Virus record (IMG/VR): IMGVR_UViG_3300027028_000045
Coordinates: 2,307 to 66,306 of that record
DNA: 64,000 nt
From: a virus
Direction: 5' to 3' (one strand)
Part shown: piece after piece, positions 8,686-18,060 of the stretch
Position numbering within the stretch: position 1 is the stretch's first letter
Layout: the number at the start of each line of letters is the position of its first letter
Translations under genes and position numbers: made by a program
Notes under the pieces: generated by a model
Told to the model about the DNA's origin: nothing
The model's input: the letters and a program-made list of their open reading frames with translations, nothing else
Databases searched by the model: none

Positions 8686-9216
8686 TTGGATAAACAAAAA
8701 TTTAATAGACTTCAGATGGCCGCAGATTACGGAGCGATTCCGTATGTACAAAGAGAATCGCAACGAATCGCACACTTAGTTCCCGACCAAACGTCGTTCG
8801 AGCAGCGGACCTTACTAGCGATAGGTTACTGGCTGGAACGATATGAAGGGAATGGTCGCGATAAGAAAGCGTTGATCCAGCGCATTATCGTAAGGGAACG
8901 AAATAAGTATCTGAAGGCTTCACGAAAAGAAGCGGCTTTATCTATAGAAGGAATGCGAGATGACGGTAATGTCTCGTGGGAGCCTCAAGACGTTTTGACG
9001 GACGTCGAAGGCGAAGTTTTACTAAAAGAAAAGACCGCCCTGTTGACGCAAGGCGATCTTCGCAAAGAATTAATACTTAGATGTTGGAGCGAAGGATGTA
9101 CGAATATGACCGAAATCTCCACGTTGTTGACGCAACGTTTAGGAGGAAATTTCGAAGCACATCGCAAGTTCATCCGTCGTTTCCGTTTACACTGCCAGCG
9201 CGAACTAACAGCATAA
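8686..9216 (+). CDS. ECF-sigma-factor-like protein
   Basis: TTG start after GGGAGGAG; 176 aa; region-2-like (SFEQRTLLAIGYWLERYE...LIQRIIVRERNKYLK) and region-4-like HTH (RKELILRCWSEGCTNMTEISTLL). Confidence 0.6.
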   Translation: MDKQKFNRLQMAADYGAIPYVQRESQRIAHLVPDQTSFEQRTLLAIGYWLERYEGNGRDKKALIQRIIVRERNKYLKASRKEAALSIEGMRDDGNVSWEPQDVLTDVEGEVLLKEKTALLTQGDLRKELILRCWSEGCTNMTEISTLLTQRLGGNFEAHRKFIRRFRLHCQRELTA

Positions 9217-9350
9217 TCACGTATCTAGGCACGAGGGCTTCGCTACGTATTTTAATGATAATCGATTGATAATCGAATTTCAAGCGAACACCATGCGAAC
9301 AACCCTCCACCTAGTACGTTTTACCTAAAAATTAAGGAGGCTAACGTACT

Positions 9351-9494
9351 ATGAAACAACCTACAAACGATTTCCCACCCGTAGTAAACATCCAAAAATT
9401 AACGGAATTACAATACGAAGGCGCGTTATACCGCGAGGATGATCCGGCGGACTATTACCGACCGACTTCGATCAAGGCGGTGCGCGTCGGATGA
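9351..9494 (+). CDS. small hypothetical protein, 47 aa
   Basis: AAGGAGG RBS; MKQPTNDFPP...KAVRVG; ATGA overlap with the next ORF. Confidence 0.6.
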   Translation: MKQPTNDFPPVVNIQKLTELQYEGALYREDDPADYYRPTSIKAVRVG

Positions 9495-10015
9495 AACCTT
9501 CCGAAATAACCATAACCCACCACGCGAAGCAGCGATTTAAAACCCGATTTGGCATCGATAATCATTATGCCGCACGTAATTGGATCGCGCAGAAAATGGA
9601 ACACGCTCAGTATCTCGGAATCACTGTAGATGAATCCGGCAAAGAGGCTCGCATGTACGCGAGTAAAGGCGTAGTTATTCATTTTGCGGTAGACACAAAC
9701 GTCGTTATTACCGTTTATAAGGAAAAAGACAACGCCGGGTCGATCGCCAAGCGCTTACTTATCGACGCCTATAATATCGTACAAAAGAACGCAAACGAGG
9801 TGCTTAGTAAAACAGAAACGTTCTCGGAGGAATTAGACGAAGAATTGCGATGGTTAGCCGAAGAATTCAAACGTACTCGTTCGAAAGCCAAAAGAATGGC
9901 GCTACAAGCCCGAATTAATGCCGTTCAAATGCGCATCGACGAGCTGCCGACCGAATCGTTCGAAATCAAGCGCAAGGTAACGCGTTATGCGAGAGGAGTG
10001 GCTGCGTATGTTTGA
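9491..10015 (+). CDS. protein with N-terminal RelE/BECR-like (DUF4258-like) domain and C-terminal coiled coil
   Basis: ITITHHAKQRFKTRF...VVITVY motif followed by a heptad-rich helix. Confidence 0.5.
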   Translation: MKPSEITITHHAKQRFKTRFGIDNHYAARNWIAQKMEHAQYLGITVDESGKEARMYASKGVVIHFAVDTNVVITVYKEKDNAGSIAKRLLIDAYNIVQKNANEVLSKTETFSEELDEELRWLAEEFKRTRSKAKRMALQARINAVQMRIDELPTESFEIKRKVTRYARGVAAYV

Positions 10016-10124
10016 CGACTTTCTAATGTATTTTTCATTCGTCGGCAGTATCTCGACCTTTATTATCGGTGGCATGTACTGGTCGCTTCTACGCGAAGAG
10101 AGACGGAACAAAGGCGGCGAATAA
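10008..10124 (+). CDS. small membrane protein, 38 aa
   Basis: GAGGAG RBS; MFDDFLMYFSFVGSISTFIIGGMYWSLLREERRNKGGE. Confidence 0.55.
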   Translation: MFDDFLMYFSFVGSISTFIIGGMYWSLLREERRNKGGE

Positions 10125-10264
10125 CCGCCGACGCTCGGAGAATACCGGGGCGTTCGTTAAGTAAAACTGTCGCGTCGCTATGCCGTGCGCTGGCGGCGTC
10201 TCGGGCGCAGATACCGGTGTTTTGCGAGGGTCAAACCCTAAAACAAATTAACGGAGGTAATCGG

Positions 10265-11017
10265 ATGAGCATTAGAGACATTCTTAAACAACGATCAGAG
10301 GCACGTGACAAGGCAGCGAGCGGAGAAAGCGAGTTTCCGGAAGGTGTCACGCGTTATGTAAAACTCGGCAGACACGGCGAGATCAATAAAGACGGACGCA
10401 CTCTCGTATTGTTAGGGTCTCCGGACGATTGGTTTATCTATTTTGTACACGAAGACAAGACGTATAATGGACGCGGCTACGACCACAATTTCCGCAAGCA
10501 TACGTGCTCTCACTCGCCAAAAGGAGTCGTGCAAGCTTCCGAATTAGCGAATTATCTGCGAGCAGGCAAAGACGAGTGCTTATCGTGCAAAGCCGGCGCA
10601 AAACGTAAGATGTTCTTTATGATTCCGGTATACGATCCGCAATATAAAACGTACCGTGTCATTGACATCGCGGAGTTCCATGCGGATAGCCTGATCGCTG
10701 ACTACGATAAGATCGAGAAAACGATGCAGAAAGCGACAAAGAATCCGGAATACTCCATCGTAGGGGAAGCGGCGTTCTTTAAGCAAGTCGATAAGACGTA
10801 CTCACTCGAATCGGGCGACGTAGAAGACGATGTAATCGAAGCAGCAAAGACGTTCATCGGGGCAGACTTCGGCTTTGAAGAACTCGCTAATTTCCGCGAA
10901 AAGGACGACATTGTCACGCTATTGAGCGAGGCGGTCGGCGGCATCGACAAAAGCGTGCTACCGAACCAAACGCCAGCAGACGACGAACTACCAGCCGAAG
11001 AAAAATTCGAATTTTAA
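10265..11017 (+). CDS. single-stranded DNA-binding protein (gp32-like)
   Basis: ATG 10265 after GGAGG; HTC...CLSC putative Zn ligands, aromatic OB-fold-like core, acidic tail ending DDELPAEEKFEF. Confidence 0.7.
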   Translation: MSIRDILKQRSEARDKAASGESEFPEGVTRYVKLGRHGEINKDGRTLVLLGSPDDWFIYFVHEDKTYNGRGYDHNFRKHTCSHSPKGVVQASELANYLRAGKDECLSCKAGAKRKMFFMIPVYDPQYKTYRVIDIAEFHADSLIADYDKIEKTMQKATKNPEYSIVGEAAFFKQVDKTYSLESGDVEDDVIEAAKTFIGADFGFEELANFREKDDIVTLLSEAVGGIDKSVLPNQTPADDELPAEEKFEF

Positions 11018-11030
11018 GGAGGACGTATAG

Positions 11031-11285
11031 ATGCGGGAAATTAAAACGAAAGCGCAGACGTTAGATTTATCGAAAAAGGTCACCGTAGAAGTTTCGTTGG
11101 CGGAATTGATCGTGTTATCCGCGGCCCTCGTCGAGATCGATAGTGACGTAGTTTACCATAATCTCGAATGGAATTATAACGAGTCAACGATAGACAGTAT
11201 TGATCGGATTGGAGTTTGTACGTCAGATATTGCGAAGAACATCGGCACTATTATTTCGGAACACATCCCGAAGGAGGACGAATAG
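11031..11285 (+). CDS. hypothetical phage protein
   Basis: AAGGAGG RBS. Confidence 0.7.
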   Translation: MREIKTKAQTLDLSKKVTVEVSLAELIVLSAALVEIDSDVVYHNLEWNYNESTIDSIDRIGVCTSDIAKNIGTIISEHIPKEDE

Positions 11286-11720
11286 ATGGCGCACAAAGAA
11301 GAAACGATCGGCAAGTTCGCCGAAATGATCGCCCGAGCTGCCTTAATGGCGGCCGGCTGGTCAGGCGTAAGCAAGCCGGAAACTGAAGAGCCGTATGATA
11401 TTCTCGCAGCCGATCCGTTTAGTGGCGATATCAAGCGGTTTCAAGTAAAGACGATTCGTGATCGTATGGACTCCCGCGGATATCTGACGGTTAGTGGACG
11501 CAAGAATACGGGGCTACCTTACACGAAAGCCGACACGGACTATTTTATCGGCGTCCTGATCGAAGCTGACGTGACTAAAGCGTATATGTTCGAGTGCCGC
11601 GGTATTACGGACTATTGGATGCCGAAGCGAAACGAAGGTAAGCGCGAATGGATCGAACTAAAACTCAATTTGGATCGCGATTTCTTGGCGACGATTGAAA
11701 ACGAAGCGGAGGCGGTTTGA
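11286..11720 (+). CDS. PD-(D/E)XK endonuclease-like protein
   Basis: E...YDILA...RFQVKT catalytic pattern. Confidence 0.7.
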   Translation: MAHKEETIGKFAEMIARAALMAAGWSGVSKPETEEPYDILAADPFSGDIKRFQVKTIRDRMDSRGYLTVSGRKNTGLPYTKADTDYFIGVLIEADVTKAYMFECRGITDYWMPKRNEGKREWIELKLNLDRDFLATIENEAEAV

Positions 11721-11760
11721 CCTTACCGGGTCGGACGGTCAATAAAAGGAGGACGAATCA

Positions 11761-12954
11761 ATGGCGGCATTAAAAGGCGTAAAGACGATCGATATGAAAG
11801 ACGGAGAGATTACGAAAGTGTCGTATGAAGGTGCGGAGTATGAACGCGTTGAGGGGGACGCGAAGGTAGGCGATTTATTCTTACCGAGGAAGGGATTCCA
11901 CGATATGACCGCCGGATCATTTTATGAAATCGAAGAGGTTGATCCCGATGGCGACGCTTATTTCTTTGACGATAGTGGTTGGTCAGCCGTCATTTGTAGC
12001 GATGATTACTTTCCATTCCGCAAGAAGCATGTCCGGATAAATGTCGGTGATTATGCGAAGGTGATCGATTGTGCTGAAGAATGGAAAGTTGCTCAGGGAG
12101 ACTTCGTTAAGGTTTTGATCGATGACAAAAAGTACCGTCCGTTTCAGTGCAAGGTTCAGAACGGAGAGTTTGTTGGGGAAACCGTTTGGATGCATGAATC
12201 CGAACTAGTCCTCGCAACCGAAGCCGAAGTCGCAGCCGCCAAAGAAGCGGAAGAGGCGGAGACTCCGTTGAAGGTCGGAGATTACGCGAAGGTTATCAAC
12301 AACGTTATGGAGTATCGCGAAGGTAATATCGTTAAAATTGCGGAAGGCGGCAGTAGATTCGATTTTAAAGTCGATTTCATTAACGTGACTGGATTGTCTA
12401 AATTCCCAGGTCAAGTATACGGATATATCGATGCTAAAGATTTGACGCGAGCGACCGACGCAGAAGTTGCGGAAGCTAAAGCTAACCTAGCGCCTAAGTT
12501 TTCCGTAGGTGATTATGCGAAAGTGGTCGGCGATACGTACTACAGCGACATTGTCGGAGGGGCGATCGTTAAAATTACGGACTTAGCAGACGAAGAAGGA
12601 GACTTACGTTTCGAACTCGTTGGTGACGGTGACTATGACTACGCAAAACCGTCCTCACTTGAAAAGGTTAGCACAGAAGACGCGGATAAATACGAAGAGG
12701 AAGCGTCGACTAAAGCGAAATGGGCGAAGATCGATCGCAAAGTTGGCGAGTACAAAGTCGGCGATATTGTTGCGTATGATGATGTTGAATGGTATATGAA
12801 TGGGGGAATCGGAGAAGTCGTAGCAGAAACCGACGAAGATAACTACACCCTAGTAAATTCGGTGGATTACCAAGGGAAACGCATTAGATTCGTCTCAGCT
12901 CCAGGAAAACTCAAGCTAATCACTCCGGTCGAGGCACGTTTTGACCGCAGCTAA
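11761..12954 (+). CDS. multi-module protein with about five tandem SH3/KOW-like repeats
   Basis: Repeated (K/N/S)VGD(Y)AKV heads and ATEAEVAAAK / ATDAEVAEAK linkers. Confidence 0.65.
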   Translation: MAALKGVKTIDMKDGEITKVSYEGAEYERVEGDAKVGDLFLPRKGFHDMTAGSFYEIEEVDPDGDAYFFDDSGWSAVICSDDYFPFRKKHVRINVGDYAKVIDCAEEWKVAQGDFVKVLIDDKKYRPFQCKVQNGEFVGETVWMHESELVLATEAEVAAAKEAEEAETPLKVGDYAKVINNVMEYREGNIVKIAEGGSRFDFKVDFINVTGLSKFPGQVYGYIDAKDLTRATDAEVAEAKANLAPKFSVGDYAKVVGDTYYSDIVGGAIVKITDLADEEGDLRFELVGDGDYDYAKPSSLEKVSTEDADKYEEEASTKAKWAKIDRKVGEYKVGDIVAYDDVEWYMNGGIGEVVAETDEDNYTLVNSVDYQGKRIRFVSAPGKLKLITPVEARFDRS

Positions 12955-13111
12955 ATGCGCCGCCTGCCAAGCGCCCATTAACGAAGGCCAGTGCGCCATC
13001 TACGACTCACTATACGATGAGTATTGTTGCGACGGCGACTGCTGGTCGGAGTTTTATGTGGAGAATGAGGCGGCTCATAGACGGAAGTGGACGGAGGAGG
13101 TCGATCTATGA
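12941..13111 (+). CDS. small Cys-rich (zinc-finger-like) protein
   Basis: MTAAKCAACQAP...YCCDGDC; TTG start after GAGG. Confidence 0.55.
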   Translation: MTAAKCAACQAPINEGQCAIYDSLYDEYCCDGDCWSEFYVENEAAHRRKWTEEVDL

Positions 13112-13248
13112 GAACCGCTATCTACACGTGTATATCGTTAAGCATAGTCGGCGTTGCATACGCGTTGACACAAGGAGATTACGGACTTGCGATTCATAAC
13201 GGGATCAACCTCGTTTTGTTCGCATTCTTAAACCGATATTACGGCTAA
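13108..13248 (+). CDS. small two-helix membrane protein
   Basis: GGAGGAGG RBS; MRTAIYTCISLSIVGVAYALTQGDYGLAIHNGINLVLFAFLNRYYG. Confidence 0.55.
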   Translation: MRTAIYTCISLSIVGVAYALTQGDYGLAIHNGINLVLFAFLNRYYG

Positions 13249-13281
13249 CATCGACTTTTAACGAAGAAAGGAGGACGCGAC

Positions 13282-16092
13282 GTGGAAATCAAGCCGTTAA
13301 AACTAAACGTAAATGCTCGCAAGGCGGCGCCGGCGACCGAAGTCGCTAAGCGCAAAAAAGCGGCTAAGTCTGACGAAACACTAGAAGAAGCATTCGAACG
13401 TCTAAAGAGAACGTGTAAGTTCTCCGATAAAGAAAGTCGCGAATTTGAAGCGGCGTGGCGAGCGCAGAAAGCCGGCGAGTTAGTTCGTACTAAAAATACG
13501 AAACTGACTAAAACGGAAGCAGTCGCAATCGGGCGCCGTCATCTTGAAAAAGAAAACGAATCTTTGCGACACGAACGTATGCAGGAGACGCTACGAACGA
13601 AGCCCGATAACTATTACGTTATTACAAGAGACTCCGACCTGGCTCCTATGATCGAACGATTACGAGCCGAAGTTCGGGCGCAGCAACTAGATCCGTGGTT
13701 CCGAAAAGTGTTCGATCTGTTTAACAATACGCATATTCGGGGTAAGTTAGCCGAGCGCGGCATCGAAGTTCCTTTGGCCGTTTCATTTACGGAATGGGAT
13801 ACGGAGACTTCCGGTACAGATACGTTTATGGATATGTCGGGTGGTTATTCGTTTTGGCTTCCGTGTTTAAATGAAGGCTACTACGTCGCGTACGGCCATT
13901 TAACGGGAGATGAGCAGTGTACACGATCGGTTGCGCTCGATATCTGCCGAGCATTTATCGAAGACGCGCGACACATAAAATCGTTCCACAATACGCCCTT
14001 TGACTACGCTATGTTCTTGAATGATGGACTAAAACCGAAAGGATTCCGATACGACTCACTTGATGCTGCTCGATTAATGAACGAACACGAGCCATCGTTT
14101 GGCCTGAAGGAATTAGATACGAAATACAAAGAACATACGGGAACAACGCGCCTAGATGGGTACACTTTCGAGGACCTGTTCGGAAAAGGTTCTCCGATGA
14201 TTTATTCGCCTGAGATCGTTGGCATCTACGCGATAAAGGACGTTGAAAAGGGTTGGTATCTAACGCGTTGGCAGATCGACATGATGCTGAAAATAGACGA
14301 TTTATACTATCCGTATTTTGAAATTCGTCAGTATCTATACGAAGTAAACACGACGATCGAACGAACCGGTTTCGTAATCGATGACGACGAATTGATGCGA
14401 CTTAAATCGGAATATGAGCCGCAGTTACAGAAAGCGATCGATGATCTTAACGAAGCGTACGGGATCGATGGCGAGTTCTTGCGTACCATGTCGATGCACA
14501 TAAAAGGTGAGAAGATCCGTGCGTGGCAAACAAACCGTGAAAAGCAAATTGCGAAACAGAAGGAAATGCTTGCGAAATGTGAAGAGGAGTTGCATAAAGC
14601 GAACCCGGCAACCAAGAAATATACGCAGCTTAAAGAGCGTATCCGGAAGTATAAGACGGAGCCACTTGCGCCTGCTATTCCGGAAAATGCACCCGATTTT
14701 ATACACGAATTCAACTTAGATTCCGACCAGCACCTACAGTATTTAATTTATGACGTCCTCGGCATTGAAGATAAAACGAAAATTATCGATAAGAAGAAGG
14801 CGCGTGCCGTAAGTAAGGACGTTCTTGCGCTGTATTTTAAAGAAGATGCACGTCTGAAACCACTTGCTGTATTCTCGGAGCTATCCACATTGTTAGGTAC
14901 GTTTATCAATCGTATTCCTAACGTTAAGGACGTAGACGGACGGCTCCATACGCAACTACAAACCGTATCAACGGGGCGCTATAGTTCGAAAAGCTACAAC
15001 GGAAAAGATAACGATCTTTATAGAAACGATATCAATGACAAGAATTTTCTCGAATACATGCGTCTATTAGTAGATGCGCCAAAGAAGACGGGTAAGGGGC
15101 GGAACATCCAAAACATTCCGTCGCGGACTGAAAAAGGTCAACGTGTACGAATGGCGTTTAAGCCGCCGGAAGGCCATACGTTCATTGGTTCGGATCTATC
15201 GTCAATCGAGCCGAGAATCCAAGCGCATAGAATGGCAACCGAATTTAACGATGAGATATTTGCGGATATGTACCGACGCGGACTAGATCCTTACGTTGAG
15301 TTCGCGTCTATCTTATTCGATGTCCCACGCGAAATCTGTACAGAGGAACATTATAAATCCGTAAAAGGAACCGACGATGCTGTGCCAGCCTATCGTAAAG
15401 CTATGAAGCAGATGTTTCTCGCAATAGGATACGGGCAAGCGTTCGATATGTTTTATAAAGGCGTCATCCCTTTTGATATCGGAAAGGACCAGGCATTAGT
15501 CGCTTATGAGAAGTTTGACGAGATTCTACCGGGCTTCAAAGGCATGGTCGAGTCTACATTCGAGCATCTACGTAAGCACGGCTGGACGGCAACGATTTTT
15601 AAGCAGAAACGACGATTCCCGGGCTATGTCGAAAAATACAAACGGCTTTGCCAGCTAATGCGTAGAAGCGGTATCGCGGATAAAAACGATCCTGACCTCG
15701 GCAAGAAAGCGAATAAATTACGTTGGGAAGATCGGTCGGAGTTTTGGGACTTAATGCGATTTACTGGCGGCTGCGAACGCGCTGCATTTAACCATACGAT
15801 TCAGGGGTCGGGTGCAAATATCTTACAGATGTGTATGATACGCGCTTATTACGAGTGTGTTTTAGAGCGCGGCTGGGAATTCCCACTGACGCTTCACGAC
15901 GAATTGAAGACGGCTACTCCAAACGAGCAACTAACAAAAGAAGCGGTCGAGCTATTTGACGACATTATGACAAACACGTTTACGCTCGTACTTCCGTTAG
16001 GTTGCGACACGGTAATTGAGCCGTGCTGGATGGACGAATACAGTCCCGAGGATTGGGATTTCGAGAATTGCAAACCTAAGGAGGAAATTTGA
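13282..16092 (+). CDS. polA: DNA polymerase, family A, with 3'-5' exonuclease domain
   Basis: Exo I DTETSG, FHNTPFD; motif A DLSSIEPR, motif B RKAMKQMFLAIGYG, motif C TLHDEL. Confidence 0.95.
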   Translation: MEIKPLKLNVNARKAAPATEVAKRKKAAKSDETLEEAFERLKRTCKFSDKESREFEAAWRAQKAGELVRTKNTKLTKTEAVAIGRRHLEKENESLRHERMQETLRTKPDNYYVITRDSDLAPMIERLRAEVRAQQLDPWFRKVFDLFNNTHIRGKLAERGIEVPLAVSFTEWDTETSGTDTFMDMSGGYSFWLPCLNEGYYVAYGHLTGDEQCTRSVALDICRAFIEDARHIKSFHNTPFDYAMFLNDGLKPKGFRYDSLDAARLMNEHEPSFGLKELDTKYKEHTGTTRLDGYTFEDLFGKGSPMIYSPEIVGIYAIKDVEKGWYLTRWQIDMMLKIDDLYYPYFEIRQYLYEVNTTIERTGFVIDDDELMRLKSEYEPQLQKAIDDLNEAYGIDGEFLRTMSMHIKGEKIRAWQTNREKQIAKQKEMLAKCEEELHKANPATKKYTQLKERIRKYKTEPLAPAIPENAPDFIHEFNLDSDQHLQYLIYDVLGIEDKTKIIDKKKARAVSKDVLALYFKEDARLKPLAVFSELSTLLGTFINRIPNVKDVDGRLHTQLQTVSTGRYSSKSYNGKDNDLYRNDINDKNFLEYMRLLVDAPKKTGKGRNIQNIPSRTEKGQRVRMAFKPPEGHTFIGSDLSSIEPRIQAHRMATEFNDEIFADMYRRGLDPYVEFASILFDVPREICTEEHYKSVKGTDDAVPAYRKAMKQMFLAIGYGQAFDMFYKGVIPFDIGKDQALVAYEKFDEILPGFKGMVESTFEHLRKHGWTATIFKQKRRFPGYVEKYKRLCQLMRRSGIADKNDPDLGKKANKLRWEDRSEFWDLMRFTGGCERAAFNHTIQGSGANILQMCMIRAYYECVLERGWEFPLTLHDELKTATPNEQLTKEAVELFDDIMTNTFTLVLPLGCDTVIEPCWMDEYSPEDWDFENCKPKEEI

Positions 16093-16817
16093 TGATTCCA
16101 CAAACATACGTAGTGCTCGATTTAGAAACGACGGGACTCGATCATAAAAATGATCAGATTATCGAAATTGGCGCAATTAAAATTCGACTTGGCGGTCGGG
16201 TGTGTGAATTCGAAGAGGTAAGCCGTTTTCATACGATGGTCGCGTTAGAAGAAGGTCGTGAGTTGCCGGAATTCATCACGAATCTAACCGGAATCACGGA
16301 GGAAGACCTCGAAGATGCTCCGGAAGAGTGGGACGCGCTGGACGAATTACAAAACTTCATCGGAGACGCTATCGTTGTTGCGCAGAACGCACCGTTTGAT
16401 CTTTCGTTCATTAGTCGCGGGGGCATCGAGCCGGAGCGTTTCTATTGTACGAGAGCCATGGCGCGATTCGTAGAGCCGGAGTTATCAGCGTCATTAAAAG
16501 ACGTGACTAAACGTAACGGAATTTCGTTAGAAGGCCATCACCGATCGTTAAATGACGTTGAGGCGACGATCGAAGTTTTTCGTAGATACTTACCGCAAGT
16601 GGCCGGTGAATATAACGACTTTGCGAACGTAGTTATGGAGGCGCCGGACAGACCAATGAAATTCGTTCCCAAGCACGCAATCGTTTGGGAGGTTCAGATG
16701 GTTGCACTATCTAAAGCGGATCTGCTGCGTATTTACCAGGCGCTAAGAGATAACGAAGCAATGTCGTTAAAGATCGGCTCTATCCTCGAACGCAATATGA
16801 AGGGCGTGATTAAGTGA
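16089..16817 (+). CDS. DEDDh 3'-5' exonuclease (DnaQ/epsilon-like)
   Basis: VLDLETTG, AQNAPFD, HHRSLND motifs. Confidence 0.92.
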   Translation: MMIPQTYVVLDLETTGLDHKNDQIIEIGAIKIRLGGRVCEFEEVSRFHTMVALEEGRELPEFITNLTGITEEDLEDAPEEWDALDELQNFIGDAIVVAQNAPFDLSFISRGGIEPERFYCTRAMARFVEPELSASLKDVTKRNGISLEGHHRSLNDVEATIEVFRRYLPQVAGEYNDFANVVMEAPDRPMKFVPKHAIVWEVQMVALSKADLLRIYQALRDNEAMSLKIGSILERNMKGVIK

Positions 16818-17863
16818 CGGCAGACAAACGAAAATTAGCGGCTCAATTACTTAGCAACAGCGAACCCGAACCGACATCATTTGCGCAGTCAATCGCAGAT
16901 GAACTGGTATCGTATCTTAACGAATGGCACTCGCTACCTGAAACGTGGGATAACCAACTAGATGCGGATATTCACCGATGGTATGCGAACGCGCCAAACG
17001 TATTTCCGAAGCGCCCGTACTTTTCGCCATCGGCAGCAAACGCGTGCCCGCGTGAATTGTACCACAAGGCGTTGAACGATCCGAAGGACGTCGAATCAAA
17101 GCCGCCATATCAAGGACGTTGGACGCGTCTGGGAACGGCGATCGGCGACATGATCCAGCGCGATATCTTATTTATGGCGAAGCACTTCGGTAAAAAGACC
17201 GGACGCGTGTGTCCGTTTGACTTCGAACGCAACGAGGACGGAACGCCGGTATTTGAGGACTTCGCCAAACGCAATCACAAGATCGAGCGCGGCGGGCAAA
17301 CGTTCTACCTATACGGGACTTGCGACGGTATTCTGCGCTACGTAACGGCAGACGGCGAGATCCTACGCGTTGGCCTCGAAATCAAGTCGAAGCAAACGTC
17401 CGCGGCTAGGACGTCTTTACACTCGATGCGAGAGCCGGACCCGAAGCACGTCGCACAATGCGTGACTTACGGACCGATGTACGGCGTTGATTACTACGTC
17501 ATTTTGTACGTCAATGCGTCCAAGAAATCGTGGGTATACCCGGAAGGCGAGTTCGAGAAGACGCCGGACATCCGAGCGTTTGGCCTCGAAATCAAGCCGC
17601 ATGACATTGACGAGATTCTTGATAGATTCGTAGATATCCGGAATGCGGTCGATGCGGGCAAACCACCGGAACTAGACCTCGGAGCATGGACGTTCAACAA
17701 CTTTAAGACTGCGATTGCTAAGTCGTTAACGGACGAGGAATTACAGACCATTCGCGAGAAAGTAGCGCAGGTTCGCAGATCGGGCATGTACGCAAGCACG
17801 AAGCAGCAGTACGCAGAGGCGTTGGCGTTTATCGAGAGAGTTCGAGAAGGGGAGGCGGTTTGA
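16814..17863 (+). CDS. PD-(D/E)XK exonuclease (RecB/Cas4-like)
   Basis: SPSAANACPRELY, GTCDG, LEIKSK, QCVTY motifs. Confidence 0.75.
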   Translation: MTADKRKLAAQLLSNSEPEPTSFAQSIADELVSYLNEWHSLPETWDNQLDADIHRWYANAPNVFPKRPYFSPSAANACPRELYHKALNDPKDVESKPPYQGRWTRLGTAIGDMIQRDILFMAKHFGKKTGRVCPFDFERNEDGTPVFEDFAKRNHKIERGGQTFYLYGTCDGILRYVTADGEILRVGLEIKSKQTSAARTSLHSMREPDPKHVAQCVTYGPMYGVDYYVILYVNASKKSWVYPEGEFEKTPDIRAFGLEIKPHDIDEILDRFVDIRNAVDAGKPPELDLGAWTFNNFKTAIAKSLTDEELQTIREKVAQVRRSGMYASTKQQYAEALAFIERVREGEAV

Positions 17864-18060
17864 TGACGATAGATGACGTTCAGAAACGCGTAGAAGTTAT
17901 CCGACAGATATCCCTCGACGACGAAGCGGCACACGGTGTGGAAGACGAATTGTATATCGATGTTTTAGAGGCAATCGCAAATGGCGCAGACAACCCGGAA
18001 AAACTTGCGGCAGAGGCGTTAAAGACGCAGGATATCGAATTTTATCGGTGGTGCGGATGA
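17860..18060 (+). CDS. hypothetical phage protein
   Basis: Coupled 66-aa ORF. Confidence 0.7.
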   Translation: MMTIDDVQKRVEVIRQISLDDEAAHGVEDELYIDVLEAIANGADNPEKLAAEALKTQDIEFYRWCG

